Positions 9,333-18,726 are shown, counted from the stretch's first letter. The stretch: DNA of 64,000 nt from an uncultured Candidatus Nemicrothrix sp. (GCA_964504305.1 CAZDEB010000001.1:233826-297825); one strand, 5' to 3'. Translations and numbers: made by a program. Notes: generated by a model from the letters alone, not told the origin.

Positions 9333-9925
9333 CTTGCTCCCAATAGTTCTCGGACCCGTGCTCGGAGCTCGGGGATGCCGGTACCGCGGTCGGCGCTGAC
9401 CCACAGGATTTCGCTCCGGGCGATACCGAGTTTTTCGAGCACCTCATTGCGTCGCTTCTTGCTTTTTGACGGGCGGACCTTGTCGGCTTTGGTGGCCACA
9501 TAGGTGATCGGCCGACCAAGCGAGGTCAGCCACTCGACCGTTTGGAGGTCGAGCGCGGTGGGTCCGACCGCGCCGTCGATGAGCAACAAGATGGAGACCA
9601 GGTTCTCGCGCTCTTCGATGTAAGCACTGAGCATCGTTGCCCACTTGCGTTGCTCGGCTTTTGGGACCTTGGCAAAGCCGTAACCGGGTAAGTCCATGAT
9701 CCACCGACCCGAGTTCTCGGGCGAGAGCTCGAACGCATTCATGAGTTGAGTTGCGCCCGGCGTCTTCGATGTCTTGGCCAAACCCTTGTGCTGGGCGAGC
9801 GCGTTGAGCAGCGACGACTTGCCGACGTTGCTGCGACCAACGACGGCGACCTCCGCGTTGACATGCGGAATGGCATCGATATCGACGTAGGAACGCACGA
9901 AGGAGAGTTGAAGGGGCCCAGCCAT
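9329..9925 (-). CDS. engB: ribosome-biogenesis GTPase EngB/YsxC
   Basis: VGRSNVGKSSLLNAL (G1), DLPGYG (G3) and TKADK (G4) are present. Size is 198 aa. Confidence 0.9.
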   Translation of the reverse strand: MAGPLQLSFVRSYVDIDAIPHVNAEVAVVGRSNVGKSSLLNALAQHKGLAKTSKTPGATQLMNAFELSPENSGRWIMDLPGYGFAKVPKAEQRKWATMLSAYIEERENLVSILLLIDGAVGPTALDLQTVEWLTSLGRPITYVATKADKVRPSKSKKRRNEVLEKLGIARSEILWVSADRGTGIPELRARVRELLGAR

Positions 9926-9971
9926 CCGTTGAATTTAGGCCGGTCGCCGCGCCGCGCCCTACCATCTCGTC

Positions 9972-10733
9972 ATGAGCGCACTAAAAGGCCGCACCATCTT
10001 GATTACCGGCGGCAACGGTGGCATTGGTTTGGGCATGGCCAGATCGGTCGCGGCAGCGGGCGCCAACGTGGTCATTTGGGGGCGAAACACCGAGAAGCTG
10101 AAGGTCGCGGCGGGCCAACTTCAGGACTTCGATGTTGCGGTGAATGCTGTTGAAGTCGACGTGAGCGACGAGGCGGCGGTGATGCGCGGGTTCTCGCAGT
10201 CGCTGGAGGCGGCCGGCGGTCGAATCGACACTGTCATTGCCAATGCTGGGGTCGGTGGGGACGGCAGTCGATTTCCCGAGGTCACCCTCGAAGAGTGGCG
10301 TCGGGTCATGACCACCAACCTCGACGCGGTGTTCTTGGTTTTTCGGGCCGCAGCGTTGCACATGATCGAACACGGCCAAGGCGGTGCCCTCGTTGCGGTC
10401 TCATCGACGTCGGCCATTCATGGCGCGGCCGGTAACGAGGCCTACGGAACCAGCAAAACCGCCTTGCTCGGCTTCGTGAGGGCCCTCGCCGTGAACTTGG
10501 CTCGTCACAAAATTCGGGTCAACGCGCTGCTTCCTGGCTGGACCAAAACCGACTTGGCGCAGTTTGCCTACGCCAACGAAAAGTTCCGCGACAACACCAT
10601 CAAGCGCACCCCGGTGCGTCGGTGGGCCGAACCCGACGAGATGGGTCCCGCGGCGGTGTTTCTGGCCGATCCGTCCAACAGCTTTCACACCGGCGACTCG
10701 ATTGTTGTCGATGGCGGCTACACCATCTATTGA
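9972..10733 (+). CDS. short-chain dehydrogenase/reductase (SDR)
   Basis: TGGNGGIGLG cofactor motif and YGTSK catalytic motif are present. Size is 253 aa. Confidence 0.9.
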   Translation: MSALKGRTILITGGNGGIGLGMARSVAAAGANVVIWGRNTEKLKVAAGQLQDFDVAVNAVEVDVSDEAAVMRGFSQSLEAAGGRIDTVIANAGVGGDGSRFPEVTLEEWRRVMTTNLDAVFLVFRAAALHMIEHGQGGALVAVSSTSAIHGAAGNEAYGTSKTALLGFVRALAVNLARHKIRVNALLPGWTKTDLAQFAYANEKFRDNTIKRTPVRRWAEPDEMGPAAVFLADPSNSFHTGDSIVVDGGYTIY

Positions 10734-10757
10734 GTATCAGGTATTGCCCGAGCGCAG

Positions 10758-11426
10758 CTAAGCGTCGAGGTCGTCAAGGAGCGCGTCGAGCCGGGCAGTC
10801 TGGTGAGCCAACGCCTCTTCGAGAGCGCTAACTCTGGTCTCCAGGTCGGAAGCGGGCGATGATGGTGTTGACGGCGGCGCCTCGACAGGGCGGGCCATGA
10901 CCGGCGCCTGTTGTTCGCCCGTCCAGATCTCGACAATTCTCGGCTCGCGTTCGCCGGGCTGACGGTCGAGTCGGGCCGCTAACGGTTCGTCGCGGTTGAC
11001 CAGCCGGTCAATCGCCGCCTCGACCTCCTCGGTGTCGCCTCCCGGGCCGTCTGAGTAACGCTCGGTGCGGGTCGTGATCTCGTTCAGCGTCTGCGGGCCC
11101 CGCAGCAACAAGACGGCGAGCACGGCGGCCGTAGGGCCATCGAGTCCGAGCGTTTCGTCCACAACGTGACGATGTTTGGAAACCCGATGACCAGCGCCGC
11201 TGAGGGTCCGGGCCAAGTGACGTGCTCGAAGTTCGAGCACTATGGCGTCGACCTCGCGTTCTGAGTAGTCGACCACGGGCTCGCGGTTGGTCGACTGGTT
11301 GCACGCGGCCACCAACGCGTTGGTGCTCAGAGGGTAGTTGTCCGGAGTAGTGCCAGCTTTTTCGATAAGGGCTCCTACGACGCGAGCTTCTTGCGGGCTG
11401 AGTTGGTCTGCGAGGTCCACGTTCAC
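10758..11426 (-). CDS. DUF480/YceH-family protein
   Basis: LSPQEARVVGALIEKAGTTPDNYPLSTNALVAACNQSTNREPVV is characteristic of the UPF0502/YceH family. The start was trimmed to GTG 11426 or 11420. Confidence 0.7.
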   Translation of the reverse strand: MNVDLADQLSPQEARVVGALIEKAGTTPDNYPLSTNALVAACNQSTNREPVVDYSEREVDAIVLELRARHLARTLSGAGHRVSKHRHVVDETLGLDGPTAAVLAVLLLRGPQTLNEITTRTERYSDGPGGDTEEVEAAIDRLVNRDEPLAARLDRQPGEREPRIVEIWTGEQQAPVMARPVEAPPSTPSSPASDLETRVSALEEALAHQTARLDALLDDLDA

Positions 11427-11485
11427 GATCGTAGGCGCTCGAATGCATCGGGTGGCGCCGTAATCGGCGTCGGTCGGGGCAACAT

Positions 11486-12805
11486 GTGGTGATGTCTCGC
11501 CGCTCGATATACGTCCTGACTGCACTGGTTGTCGCCGCTGCGGCCATCACCATCGCGCGAGCCGAGAGCTCATCAGAGTCCGGACTGGACCGGTCCTCAT
11601 CGACGACGAGCACCACCCTGGCCACTACAACAACGACGACCACCCTGACCACTACAACAACGACAACGACGACAACGACGACTACAACAGTGCCGCCGGG
11701 TGACGTGGTGATCGAGTCGCTGCTGGCCGAAATGACCCCGCAACAAAAGGCAGCCCAGCTCGTGGTGTTCGGTGGTTCTGGCACCGGCCTCGGCCGTACC
11801 GTCGCTGACGCCGCTGGTACCGAGTGTGTTGGCGGCCTGTTTGTTTCGAGCACGTCAGGAAATTGGGCACCGGCCGACGATCTCAACGCCGCGAGGGCCG
11901 CCATCGCCACCATCAAAGAGCTAGGTGTTGATTGTCCTGTCCGATCGCTGGTGGCGACCGACGCCGAAGCGGGGCGAGCGGTACTGAAGGTGCCAGTGCG
12001 GCCGTTGCCTTCTCCGGCCGAACTCGCGGCCAACCACGAGATCGACCCGGCCACCACCAGCGAGGGGCTAGCGCCCGCCGCCTACGATTTCGCCCAGCAA
12101 CTGGCCGACGCCGGGGTAGATGTCAATCTCGGAGTGATTGCCGATGTTGATGCCGGCAACGACTTCTACATGGCTCGTCAGGGACGAACCTTTGGATCGG
12201 ACCCACTTGCGGTGGCAGCCATCACCTCAGCAATTGTCGAAGGCCACTGTCGAGCCGGCGTAGCGGCGACCCTCAAACACTTCCCCAATCAGGGCTCGAC
12301 CGCCGACGATCCTCACCGGGCCGACTCCGTGTCGGTCAACGATCAGCTCGCATGGTTCGACCTGGGACGAGTTCCCTACGTCGATACGGCGGCGCCGTTG
12401 GTGATGACTGGGCACATCCGCTACGAAGGAGTCGATGATGGTCTCCCGGCGACGGTGTCGCGGGTCATAACCACCGGCTGGCTCCGCAACGGCCTCGGCT
12501 ACGACGGGGTCGTAATCACCGATGATCTTTTTGCCATGCACGGCCTCTCCGACGATCTGACGATAGTCGACCGAGGCGCCGCGGCAATTTCGGCCGGAGC
12601 AGATCTGGCCCTGTTTGTCGATGCGAGCCGAGCGGCCGAGATCATCGATCACATTGTCGAGCGAGCGGCCGCCGATCCCCAATTTGCCGTCCTTGTCGAC
12701 GCCAGCGTCGATCGGGTGCTTCGCCTCAAAGGGGCGCTCGGGCTGATCCGAGACGCCCCCTCGGACTGGTTCAGCCTGTGTGGCTCAGGCGTTGTCGCCG
12801 AGTGA
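11486..12805 (+). CDS. secreted glycoside hydrolase family 3 (NagZ-like beta-N-acetylhexosaminidase) with poly-Thr linker
   Basis: It has an N-terminal signal, a run of about 30 Thr-rich residues, and GH3 N-domain motifs (KHFPNQGSTADDPH, VVITDDL). Confidence 0.75.
   Translation: MVMSRRSIYVLTALVVAAAAITIARAESSSESGLDRSSSTTSTTLATTTTTTTLTTTTTTTTTTTTTTVPPGDVVIESLLAEMTPQQKAAQLVVFGGSGTGLGRTVADAAGTECVGGLFVSSTSGNWAPADDLNAARAAIATIKELGVDCPVRSLVATDAEAGRAVLKVPVRPLPSPAELAANHEIDPATTSEGLAPAAYDFAQQLADAGVDVNLGVIADVDAGNDFYMARQGRTFGSDPLAVAAITSAIVEGHCRAGVAATLKHFPNQGSTADDPHRADSVSVNDQLAWFDLGRVPYVDTAAPLVMTGHIRYEGVDDGLPATVSRVITTGWLRNGLGYDGVVITDDLFAMHGLSDDLTIVDRGAAAISAGADLALFVDASRAAEIIDHIVERAAADPQFAVLVDASVDRVLRLKGALGLIRDAPSDWFSLCGSGVVAE
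11599..11689 (+). repeat. coding low-complexity ACN (Thr) codon run with an internal ~30-bp duplication
   Basis: caccaccctggccactacaacaacgacgac is followed by caccctgaccactacaacaacgacaacgac. The region encodes STTSTTLATTTTTTTLTTTTTTTTTTTTTT. Confidence 0.85.
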
Positions 12806-14053
12806 TTCCAGACGCTGTGCCAGCCAGGCTCGTTCCGCTTCGTTGCTGACCAAATCGAGAGCTCGCCGGTAGGCCCGCTGCGCTTTGTCACGGTGCTCGG
12901 ATCCATCGACCTTGCGGTGCAGTTCGGCTCGTGCGCTATGGAAGTAGTGGTATTGGTCCAACGCCTCGGCGAGGCGAGGTTGGTTCAACCGTGCCAGTCC
13001 TGCTTCGGGGCCAGCGGCCATCGCGACGGCGACGGCCCAGTTGAGTTCGACAACCGCGGTACGGCGATGAGCATGGAGCGCCCGATACAAAGCGACGATC
13101 TCGGGCCAGTCGGTGGCCTCCGAAGATGGGGCTTCGGCGTGCACCGCGTTGATCGATGCTTCGATCTGATACGGACCGGGGCGGCCGAGCCTCAGCGCCC
13201 GTTCGATGGTTGTGGTCGCCTCGCTGATCGCCGCGTGGTTCCAAGCAGTGCGATCTTGAGCATCGAGCAGCACGATCGAACCATCGACGTGTTGTCGGGC
13301 ATCGCGACGAGAATCAACCAACAAGAACAAGGCCAGAAGGCCCTGAGTCTCGGCGTCGTCAGCCATGAGCGTCGACAGCACGCGAGCGAGACGGATGGCT
13401 TCGGCGGCCAGGTCGAGTCGGTGAACGTGTTGACCCGAGGAGGCGTAGGCCCCTTCGTTGAAGATGAGATAGAGGACGTGATGCACGACTCGTATTCGGT
13501 CGAGAAGCTCGTGATCGTCGGGGATCCGGAACGGGATCGTTGCCCCAGCGATTTTGCGTTTCGCTCGTACTATCCGCTGGGCGACCGCGGTCTCGGTTGT
13601 GAGCATGGCCCGCCCGATCTCGGCCGTTGTAAGTCCGCCCAGGCTGCGCAGAGTGAGAGCGACCTGAGCTTCGACGCTGAGGGCCGGGTGACAGCAGCCG
13701 AAGAAGAGCCTGAGTTGCTCGTCGCCGATAGCAGTCGCGGTGTAGATCTCGTCGGGCCGGTCTCGGCTTGCTTTTGTGGCCTCGAGCCGAGCGAGCAGGT
13801 CGGACTTGTCGCGGCCCGTGCGTTCGCGCCGTATTCGGTCTACGGCGCGACGCCGGGCCACGGTGGTGATCCACGCGCCAGGACGATCAGGGATGCCATC
13901 GTCGAGCCAGCGCTGCAAAGCAATCTCGGCTGCTTCCTGAGCGGCGTCTTCGGCGGCTTGCAAATCGCCCAGGTCGCGGTGTAGCACCGCCATGAGGCGG
14001 GGCCACTCGTCACGAACAACTCGGGTAATCGCGTCGTGAACCGATGTCACCAC
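12785..14053 (-). CDS. ECF sigma factor with long C-terminal TPR-like extension (ECF42-type)
   Basis: Sigma-2 (PGAWITTVARRRAVDRIRRER) and sigma-4 (LGGLTTAEIGRAMLTTETAVAQRIVRAKRKI) are followed by about 200 aa of extension. The gene lies directly downstream of a DGPF/YCII gene, as is typical for ECF42. Confidence 0.8.
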   Translation of the reverse strand: MVTSVHDAITRVVRDEWPRLMAVLHRDLGDLQAAEDAAQEAAEIALQRWLDDGIPDRPGAWITTVARRRAVDRIRRERTGRDKSDLLARLEATKASRDRPDEIYTATAIGDEQLRLFFGCCHPALSVEAQVALTLRSLGGLTTAEIGRAMLTTETAVAQRIVRAKRKIAGATIPFRIPDDHELLDRIRVVHHVLYLIFNEGAYASSGQHVHRLDLAAEAIRLARVLSTLMADDAETQGLLALFLLVDSRRDARQHVDGSIVLLDAQDRTAWNHAAISEATTTIERALRLGRPGPYQIEASINAVHAEAPSSEATDWPEIVALYRALHAHRRTAVVELNWAVAVAMAAGPEAGLARLNQPRLAEALDQYHYFHSARAELHRKVDGSEHRDKAQRAYRRALDLVSNEAERAWLAQRLESLGDNA

Positions 14054-14067
14054 TTACCTACGGGTGT

Positions 14068-14427
14068 TCAGCCGAAATCGGGCACCGGACGAACCTCGAC
14101 CGTGCCGGTTGCCGCGTGGGGAATCTGGGCCGCCCAAGAAATGGCTTCGTCGAGGTCGGCGCACTCGAGGATGTAGAAACCGCCAAGATGCTCTTTGGTT
14201 TCGGCGAACGGTCCGTCGGTTGTGAGGGTTTCGCCGTTGCGAACCTGCACCGACGTTGCGGTGCTGGTTGGCTGCAACGGTTCGCCGGCCACGAACGCTC
14301 CGGCGGCCTCGACCGCGGCGCCGAAGGCCATGTAGCCGCTCATGATTTCGCCGAAGGCCGGGTCGGTTGGGTCGGGGTTGATCTCGCCATCATTTTCGTT
14401 GGAGTAGATCAGGCATGCGTACTTCAT
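14068..14427 (-). CDS. YCII-related / DGPF-domain protein
   Basis: MKYACLIY…TDGPFAETKEHLGGFYILECADLDEAISWA carries the DGPF motif. Size is 119 aa. Confidence 0.8.
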   Translation of the reverse strand: MKYACLIYSNENDGEINPDPTDPAFGEIMSGYMAFGAAVEAAGAFVAGEPLQPTSTATSVQVRNGETLTTDGPFAETKEHLGGFYILECADLDEAISWAAQIPHAATGTVEVRPVPDFG

Positions 14428-14462
14428 TGGTGCTCCAGTGTTCTTGGTGGTTGTTTGTGACC

Positions 14463-14491
14463 TCGACGAACAGCACCGACGGTTTTCGACA
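14463..14491 (-). promoter_or_regulatory. candidate ECF42-type promoter upstream of the DGPF gene
   Basis: The minus strand reads TGTCGA-aaaccgtcggtgctgtt-CGTCGA, ending about 36 nt before the ATG at 14427. As I recall it, this resembles the TGTCGA / CGTC motif reported for ECF42 targets. Confidence 0.3.
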
Positions 14492-14580
14492 CCGCGGCAA
14501 ATATTTGTGAACTATTCGACGGGCGCGGCATTGACGACGCGGGATACTTCGAGTGAGCGGACCATGACCGCACCGTAGCC

Positions 14581-16593
14581 TCAGTCCCAGAGCGCCGCGA
14601 GCGCGACGTCGACCTCGTCGCCAACACCTACTGACACGAGGGGATTGGTGGCCTCGTGGCCAAGACCCGACATTGTCGGCTCATCGAACAGTTCTCGAAC
14701 CGGTTCGATGAAACGGCTCAGCTGCGCGTAAACGTGGCGGTCGTCGTTGGCGTATCGGTTGACGTGAAACCGAAGGGGAAAATTGACCGTGAGTTCGTCC
14801 TTGGCTCGGGTGAGGGCCACGTACATGAGGCGCAGTTCCTCGGCCAGGCCGGAGTCGTCGCCCAATGCCATCTCTGACGGCATGTTGCCGTCGGCGGCGT
14901 GCAGCAGATGAACGCCGCGCCATTCGAGGCCTTTGGCCGAGTGGATCGTGGACAAAGTTAGCCAGTCGTCGTCGAGGTGAGGGGGGCCGGCCTGATCGCT
15001 GGTTTTGCTGGGAGGGTCGAGGGTCAGTTCGGTGAGAAACCGGCTGCGGCTGGCGTAGGCCGAGGCCGAGGCTGCTAGCTGGTCGATGTCGGCCAGTCGG
15101 GCGGCGGCGTTGTCGTAGCGGGACGGAAACACCAAGGCACAAAACTGTTTGAGCCGGTCGACCTGCTCGGCTGGCGGTGAGCTCGGGCTGAGACAAAGTG
15201 TGAACGCTTCTCGCAGATCCGAAGCTTGGGTGTCGGCGGCGTTGGGAACCTGCCCAGCCCCATCGACGAAGCGGGCCAGCGCGTCGCTTGACTCGTTGCC
15301 GACACCGAGCTCGTCGCAGAGTCGGCGGACGGTCGCGGGGCCGACTCCTTCGAGCGTGGCGAGCACCCGGTGCCAAGCGAGCTGATCGGCCGGGTTATCG
15401 AGGATCCGTAGAAGCGATAGGAGGTCTTTGACATGACCGGATTCGAGGTACTTGAGCCCGCCGTACTTGACGTAGGGAATGTCGCGGCGAGTTAGTTCGA
15501 GTTCGAGTCCGTCGGCGTGGTAGCCAGCGCGGAACAAAACGGCCTGATCTCGTAGATCCAGGCCTCGTTCGCGGGCGTTGAGGATGGCTTCGCACACCGA
15601 CTGGCTCTGGGCTCCTTCGTCGTGGTGGGTGCGCAACGTGGGAGAGATGCCGGACTGTCGGTCGGACCAAAGTTGTTTCGCAAAATGATCAGACGATTGG
15701 CTGAGTACCGCGTTGGCCACCGCAAGAATTGGCTGAGTCGAGCGGTAGTTCTGTTCGAGGGTGACGGTGCGAGCGCCGGGGAAGTGTTCGGCGAAATTCC
15801 ACATGTTTTCGACAGTTGCGGCCCTGAAACCATAGATCGCTTGGGCGTCGTCACCGACCGCACAAAGATCGGTATCGCCTCGACACATCCCGGCGATGAT
15901 GTCGGCCTGGATCGGGTTGGTGTCTTGGTATTCGTCGATCAAGATGTGATCAAAAAGATCGCGCATTGCACCACCAACCGAACTGGCAGTGAGTCCACGC
16001 CAGTACAACAACATGTCGTCGTAGTCGAGCACGTTGTTGCTGCGCTTTTTGGCGGTGTAGGCGGTGAAGATTGTGCGGAGGTCGTCGATGTGGTCGGCGC
16101 ACCACGGATAATCGGTTTCGAGAACGTCGGCGAGTTTGGCTTGGCTGCTGACCATGCGCGAATAGATCCCGACCACGGTTTCCTTGCGAGGGAAACGTTT
16201 GCCGCGCTCACCAAAGCCTTCTTCGGTGCGCACCATGCCCATGAGGTCGGTGGCATCGCCTTGATCGAGCACTGTGAACCCCGCCGAAAGCCCCGCGCTT
16301 TGGCCAAAGTTGCGAAGGATCCGGTTGGCGGTGGAATGAAATGTGCCTCCCCACACCCGCGCCGCCGAACGGTCCGAGCCCGCGGCCGCGACCCGATGCA
16401 GCATTTCGGTGGCGGCGCGGCGGGTGAAGGTCAGCAATAACACCCGGTTGGGATCGGCGCCGTCCTCGAGGATCCGGGCGACTCGAGCGGCGAGCGTCTT
16501 GGTCTTGCCGGTACCGGCCCCCGCGACGATCAGAAGCGGTGATCCGGTGTGGTCGACAGCGGCCTGCTGTTGCGGGTTGAGAAGATCGAACAT
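14581..16593 (-). CDS. UvrD/PcrA-family ATP-dependent DNA helicase
   Basis: Walker A AGAGTGKTKT, DEYQDTN, QNYRST and the C-terminal helicase motifs (TIHSAKGLEW, YVALTRA) are present. Size is 670 aa. Confidence 0.9.
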   Translation of the reverse strand: MFDLLNPQQQAAVDHTGSPLLIVAGAGTGKTKTLAARVARILEDGADPNRVLLLTFTRRAATEMLHRVAAAGSDRSAARVWGGTFHSTANRILRNFGQSAGLSAGFTVLDQGDATDLMGMVRTEEGFGERGKRFPRKETVVGIYSRMVSSQAKLADVLETDYPWCADHIDDLRTIFTAYTAKKRSNNVLDYDDMLLYWRGLTASSVGGAMRDLFDHILIDEYQDTNPIQADIIAGMCRGDTDLCAVGDDAQAIYGFRAATVENMWNFAEHFPGARTVTLEQNYRSTQPILAVANAVLSQSSDHFAKQLWSDRQSGISPTLRTHHDEGAQSQSVCEAILNARERGLDLRDQAVLFRAGYHADGLELELTRRDIPYVKYGGLKYLESGHVKDLLSLLRILDNPADQLAWHRVLATLEGVGPATVRRLCDELGVGNESSDALARFVDGAGQVPNAADTQASDLREAFTLCLSPSSPPAEQVDRLKQFCALVFPSRYDNAAARLADIDQLAASASAYASRSRFLTELTLDPPSKTSDQAGPPHLDDDWLTLSTIHSAKGLEWRGVHLLHAADGNMPSEMALGDDSGLAEELRLMYVALTRAKDELTVNFPLRFHVNRYANDDRHVYAQLSRFIEPVRELFDEPTMSGLGHEATNPLVSVGVGDEVDVALAALWD

Positions 16594-16623
16594 GCGTTCG
16601 ATCGTAGTCGAGTCGGTGATGCC

Positions 16624-18507
16624 CTAGTGCGCACAGTCACTGATTGTGAGAGTGAGCAGCACCGTTGTGGTGTTGCCTCGGTCATCAGTGACCTGGATGG
16701 TGATCTCGGCCGGATTGATTGTCGGAAGCTTGAGCCATGGTCCGATGGTTGCGGACCACATGGTCGGGTCTTTGGCCAGCGGCGTCAGTGGAGTGATCGA
16801 CTGATTCCAACCGACTTCGGCGCTCTTGATGGGGCTCTCGTCGCTGATGAATACCGAGACCGTCGCCTGGGTCGCTTGCTCGTTGCCGATGCAGTTTGGA
16901 GATCCCAGGAATATTTGTCCCGGGCTGACCGTAGCTTCGACGATCGGGGGTGTTTCGACCGTGGCGGCGAGCGCCACGTCCATTGCTGCTCCCGCATTGG
17001 ACGACAGAGTGAGCGTGTCGACGTAGCGGCCTTCTGGTAGTCGTACTCCGCTAGCAGGGTCGGTTCGGGCAAACGAAATGCCGATGTTGGCAGTGGCGCC
17101 CGGGGCGAGCGGGCTATCAGCGCGATTGACGACGATCGTGAATGACGAGCCCGGGGGCACCGCGAATGACCAGGTGAGGGGTTGATCGCCGTCGTTGGTG
17201 ATAGCGAGCGTGGTTTTGGTGACGAGGGCGCCGAGATCGATGCTTGGAGCGCTCAAAGTCAACAAAGGACCTATTGGCGGGGCAGTGGTTGGCGGCGCAG
17301 TAGTCGGCGGCGCAGTGGTTGTCGGGGCCGTGGTTGGTGGGGCAGCGGTTGTGGGCGCCGCGGTTGTAGGAGCCGGGCCAAGTACCACTGTCGTGGTTGC
17401 CGGTGGTGCGGTGGTTGCTGGTGGCGCGGTGGTCGCTGGGGCCGTGGTCGTTGGCGCCGCCGTCGTGGTGGTCGGCGCGTCGGTGACCGGCGGGGCCGCT
17501 GTTGTTGTCGGAGCGGCGGTGCTCGGCGGGTTGACTTGGACTTCGCCGGCCACCTCGGCCTGCGTTTCGGGGGTCTCTACGAATGCGACTGGCCACGCAA
17601 GAGCCGCGACCGTAGTGACAGTGGTGACGATCACCGAGATCACCGTGAGTACCGAGCTCGACACCAGCGTAGAACCAATGGTCGATCCCACCGACGAGCC
17701 GCCCGATACGAGGGCTGCGGCCCGTAGCCCGATTGGGGCGGGGTGTGCTGGCATCGCGGCAGCAATCGATTCCCAGCCGATAACCACCTTTCGAGTTTTG
17801 CTGCAGGTGTCGCAGCTTTCGATGTGGCGGGTAACGCTCGAACGGATCGCCAAAGAGTACGAACCATCCCACGATCCGAGGAGCTGGTTGAGGTCGGCAC
17901 AGTCCTTTCGGCCTCGGCGGGCGACCAGCAGGGACCCAACCGCGGTCCCGAGGCGTTCCTTGAGCCGTTTGACCATTACGTATACGTGGGCTGGTTCCAC
18001 GTTCATGGCCAGCGCAAGGTCGGCGCCGTCGAGTCCTTCGCGAAGGTGCAGTTCGAGCAGCTCTTGGTCTCGGGGTTGAAGGCTGGCGGCGGCATTCCAA
18101 AGGAGCAACCCAGATTCTTCGGCTTCGAGGTCGCGTCCGGGAGCTCGCTGGGTGGCGGTCATTTCAGCGGTCGTCTCGGTGTCGAGTGACGCGGCCGCGC
18201 GGCGGGTTCGGTCTCGTCCGACATCGATGATTGTTGTGCGGGCGATAGCGAATAGCCAGGGGCGGAATTTGGTTGGGTCGTCGAGGGTGTCGAGACGTCG
18301 GTGAGCGGAGATGAACGTGGCCTGCAGAGCGTCGGCTGCGTCGGCAGGATCGCGTAGCCGCGACATCGCAAACGTATGTATACGGTCGGAGTAGCGGTCG
18401 TAGAGATCTCCGAACGCGGTCTCGTCGTTGGCGAGAGTGGCGGCTACGAGTGACTCGTCGTTTCGAGTTTTCACCGCGCTCCCTCCCAAGATCGCTAGCG
18501 GTTCCAA
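16624..18507 (-). CDS. fusion protein: ECF sigma factor + ZAS anti-sigma motif + TM + PT-rich linker + extracytoplasmic Ig-like domains
   Basis: Residues ~25-190 carry sigma-2 (FRPWLFAIARTTIID) and sigma-4 (LREGLDGADLALAMNVEPAHVYVMVKRLKERL). These are followed by C-x25-H-x3-C-x2-C (CADL…TRHIESCDTC), a hydrophobic span, about 80 aa of PT repeats and about 220 aa of beta-rich C-terminus. The likely true start is GTG 18474, preceded by GGGAGGGAG. Confidence 0.75.
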   Translation of the reverse strand: MEPLAILGGSAVKTRNDESLVAATLANDETAFGDLYDRYSDRIHTFAMSRLRDPADAADALQATFISAHRRLDTLDDPTKFRPWLFAIARTTIIDVGRDRTRRAAASLDTETTAEMTATQRAPGRDLEAEESGLLLWNAAASLQPRDQELLELHLREGLDGADLALAMNVEPAHVYVMVKRLKERLGTAVGSLLVARRGRKDCADLNQLLGSWDGSYSLAIRSSVTRHIESCDTCSKTRKVVIGWESIAAAMPAHPAPIGLRAAALVSGGSSVGSTIGSTLVSSSVLTVISVIVTTVTTVAALAWPVAFVETPETQAEVAGEVQVNPPSTAAPTTTAAPPVTDAPTTTTAAPTTTAPATTAPPATTAPPATTTVVLGPAPTTAAPTTAAPPTTAPTTTAPPTTAPPTTAPPIGPLLTLSAPSIDLGALVTKTTLAITNDGDQPLTWSFAVPPGSSFTIVVNRADSPLAPGATANIGISFARTDPASGVRLPEGRYVDTLTLSSNAGAAMDVALAATVETPPIVEATVSPGQIFLGSPNCIGNEQATQATVSVFISDESPIKSAEVGWNQSITPLTPLAKDPTMWSATIGPWLKLPTINPAEITIQVTDDRGNTTTVLLTLTISDCAH

Positions 18508-18579
18508 TCGCCCCCGCGCCGCTAATAGTGGGCCATGTTGGCACTACTGAGCAATCGCGACGCGGTTGTGGGGCTTGGG

Positions 18580-18726
18580 CTAGCCGGCAACCACATACCA
18601 AACCAATGCGGCGATCATCGTGCACAAGAGCGCGGTGAGCAGCCCGAGCAGTCGCCGCTGGGCGGGTGTTGCGGTGGCGTTTCGAAGGGGAATGAACACT
18701 GAGAAGTTGCTGAGCGGCAGGGTCAT
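18580..18726 (-). CDS. possible 48-aa single-TM peptide
   Basis: Manual translation gives MTLPLSNFSVFIPLRNATATPAQRRLLGLLTALLCTMIAALVWYVVAG. Its ATG overlaps the upstream lipoprotein's stop (ATGA 18723..18726). It is below the ORF-track size cutoff. Confidence 0.3.
   Translation of the reverse strand: MTLPLSNFSVFIPLRNATATPAQRRLLGLLTALLCTMIAALVWYVVAG

Noticed and set aside
11008-12057. 349-aa minus-strand ORF, and similar long ORFs such as 5111..6412(+), 12893..13984(+), 17195..18079(+), 31100..32095(+), 53517..54533(-), 63166..63954(+).
   Set aside because: They lie antisense to, or out of frame with, genes that have clear family motifs. Their translations are Arg/Pro/Ala/Gly-rich low-complexity strings with no motifs. 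Both features are typical of shadow ORFs in high-GC DNA.
17290-17520. Imperfect ~12-bp DNA periodicity (…ggcggcgcagtagtc/ggcggcgcagtggtt…) and similar tracts at about 4800..5030 and 19590..19690, considered as non-coding repeat elements.
   Set aside because: All lie inside ORFs and encode Pro/Thr/Ala linker repeats of secreted or membrane proteins. They are coding low-complexity sequence, not independent elements.
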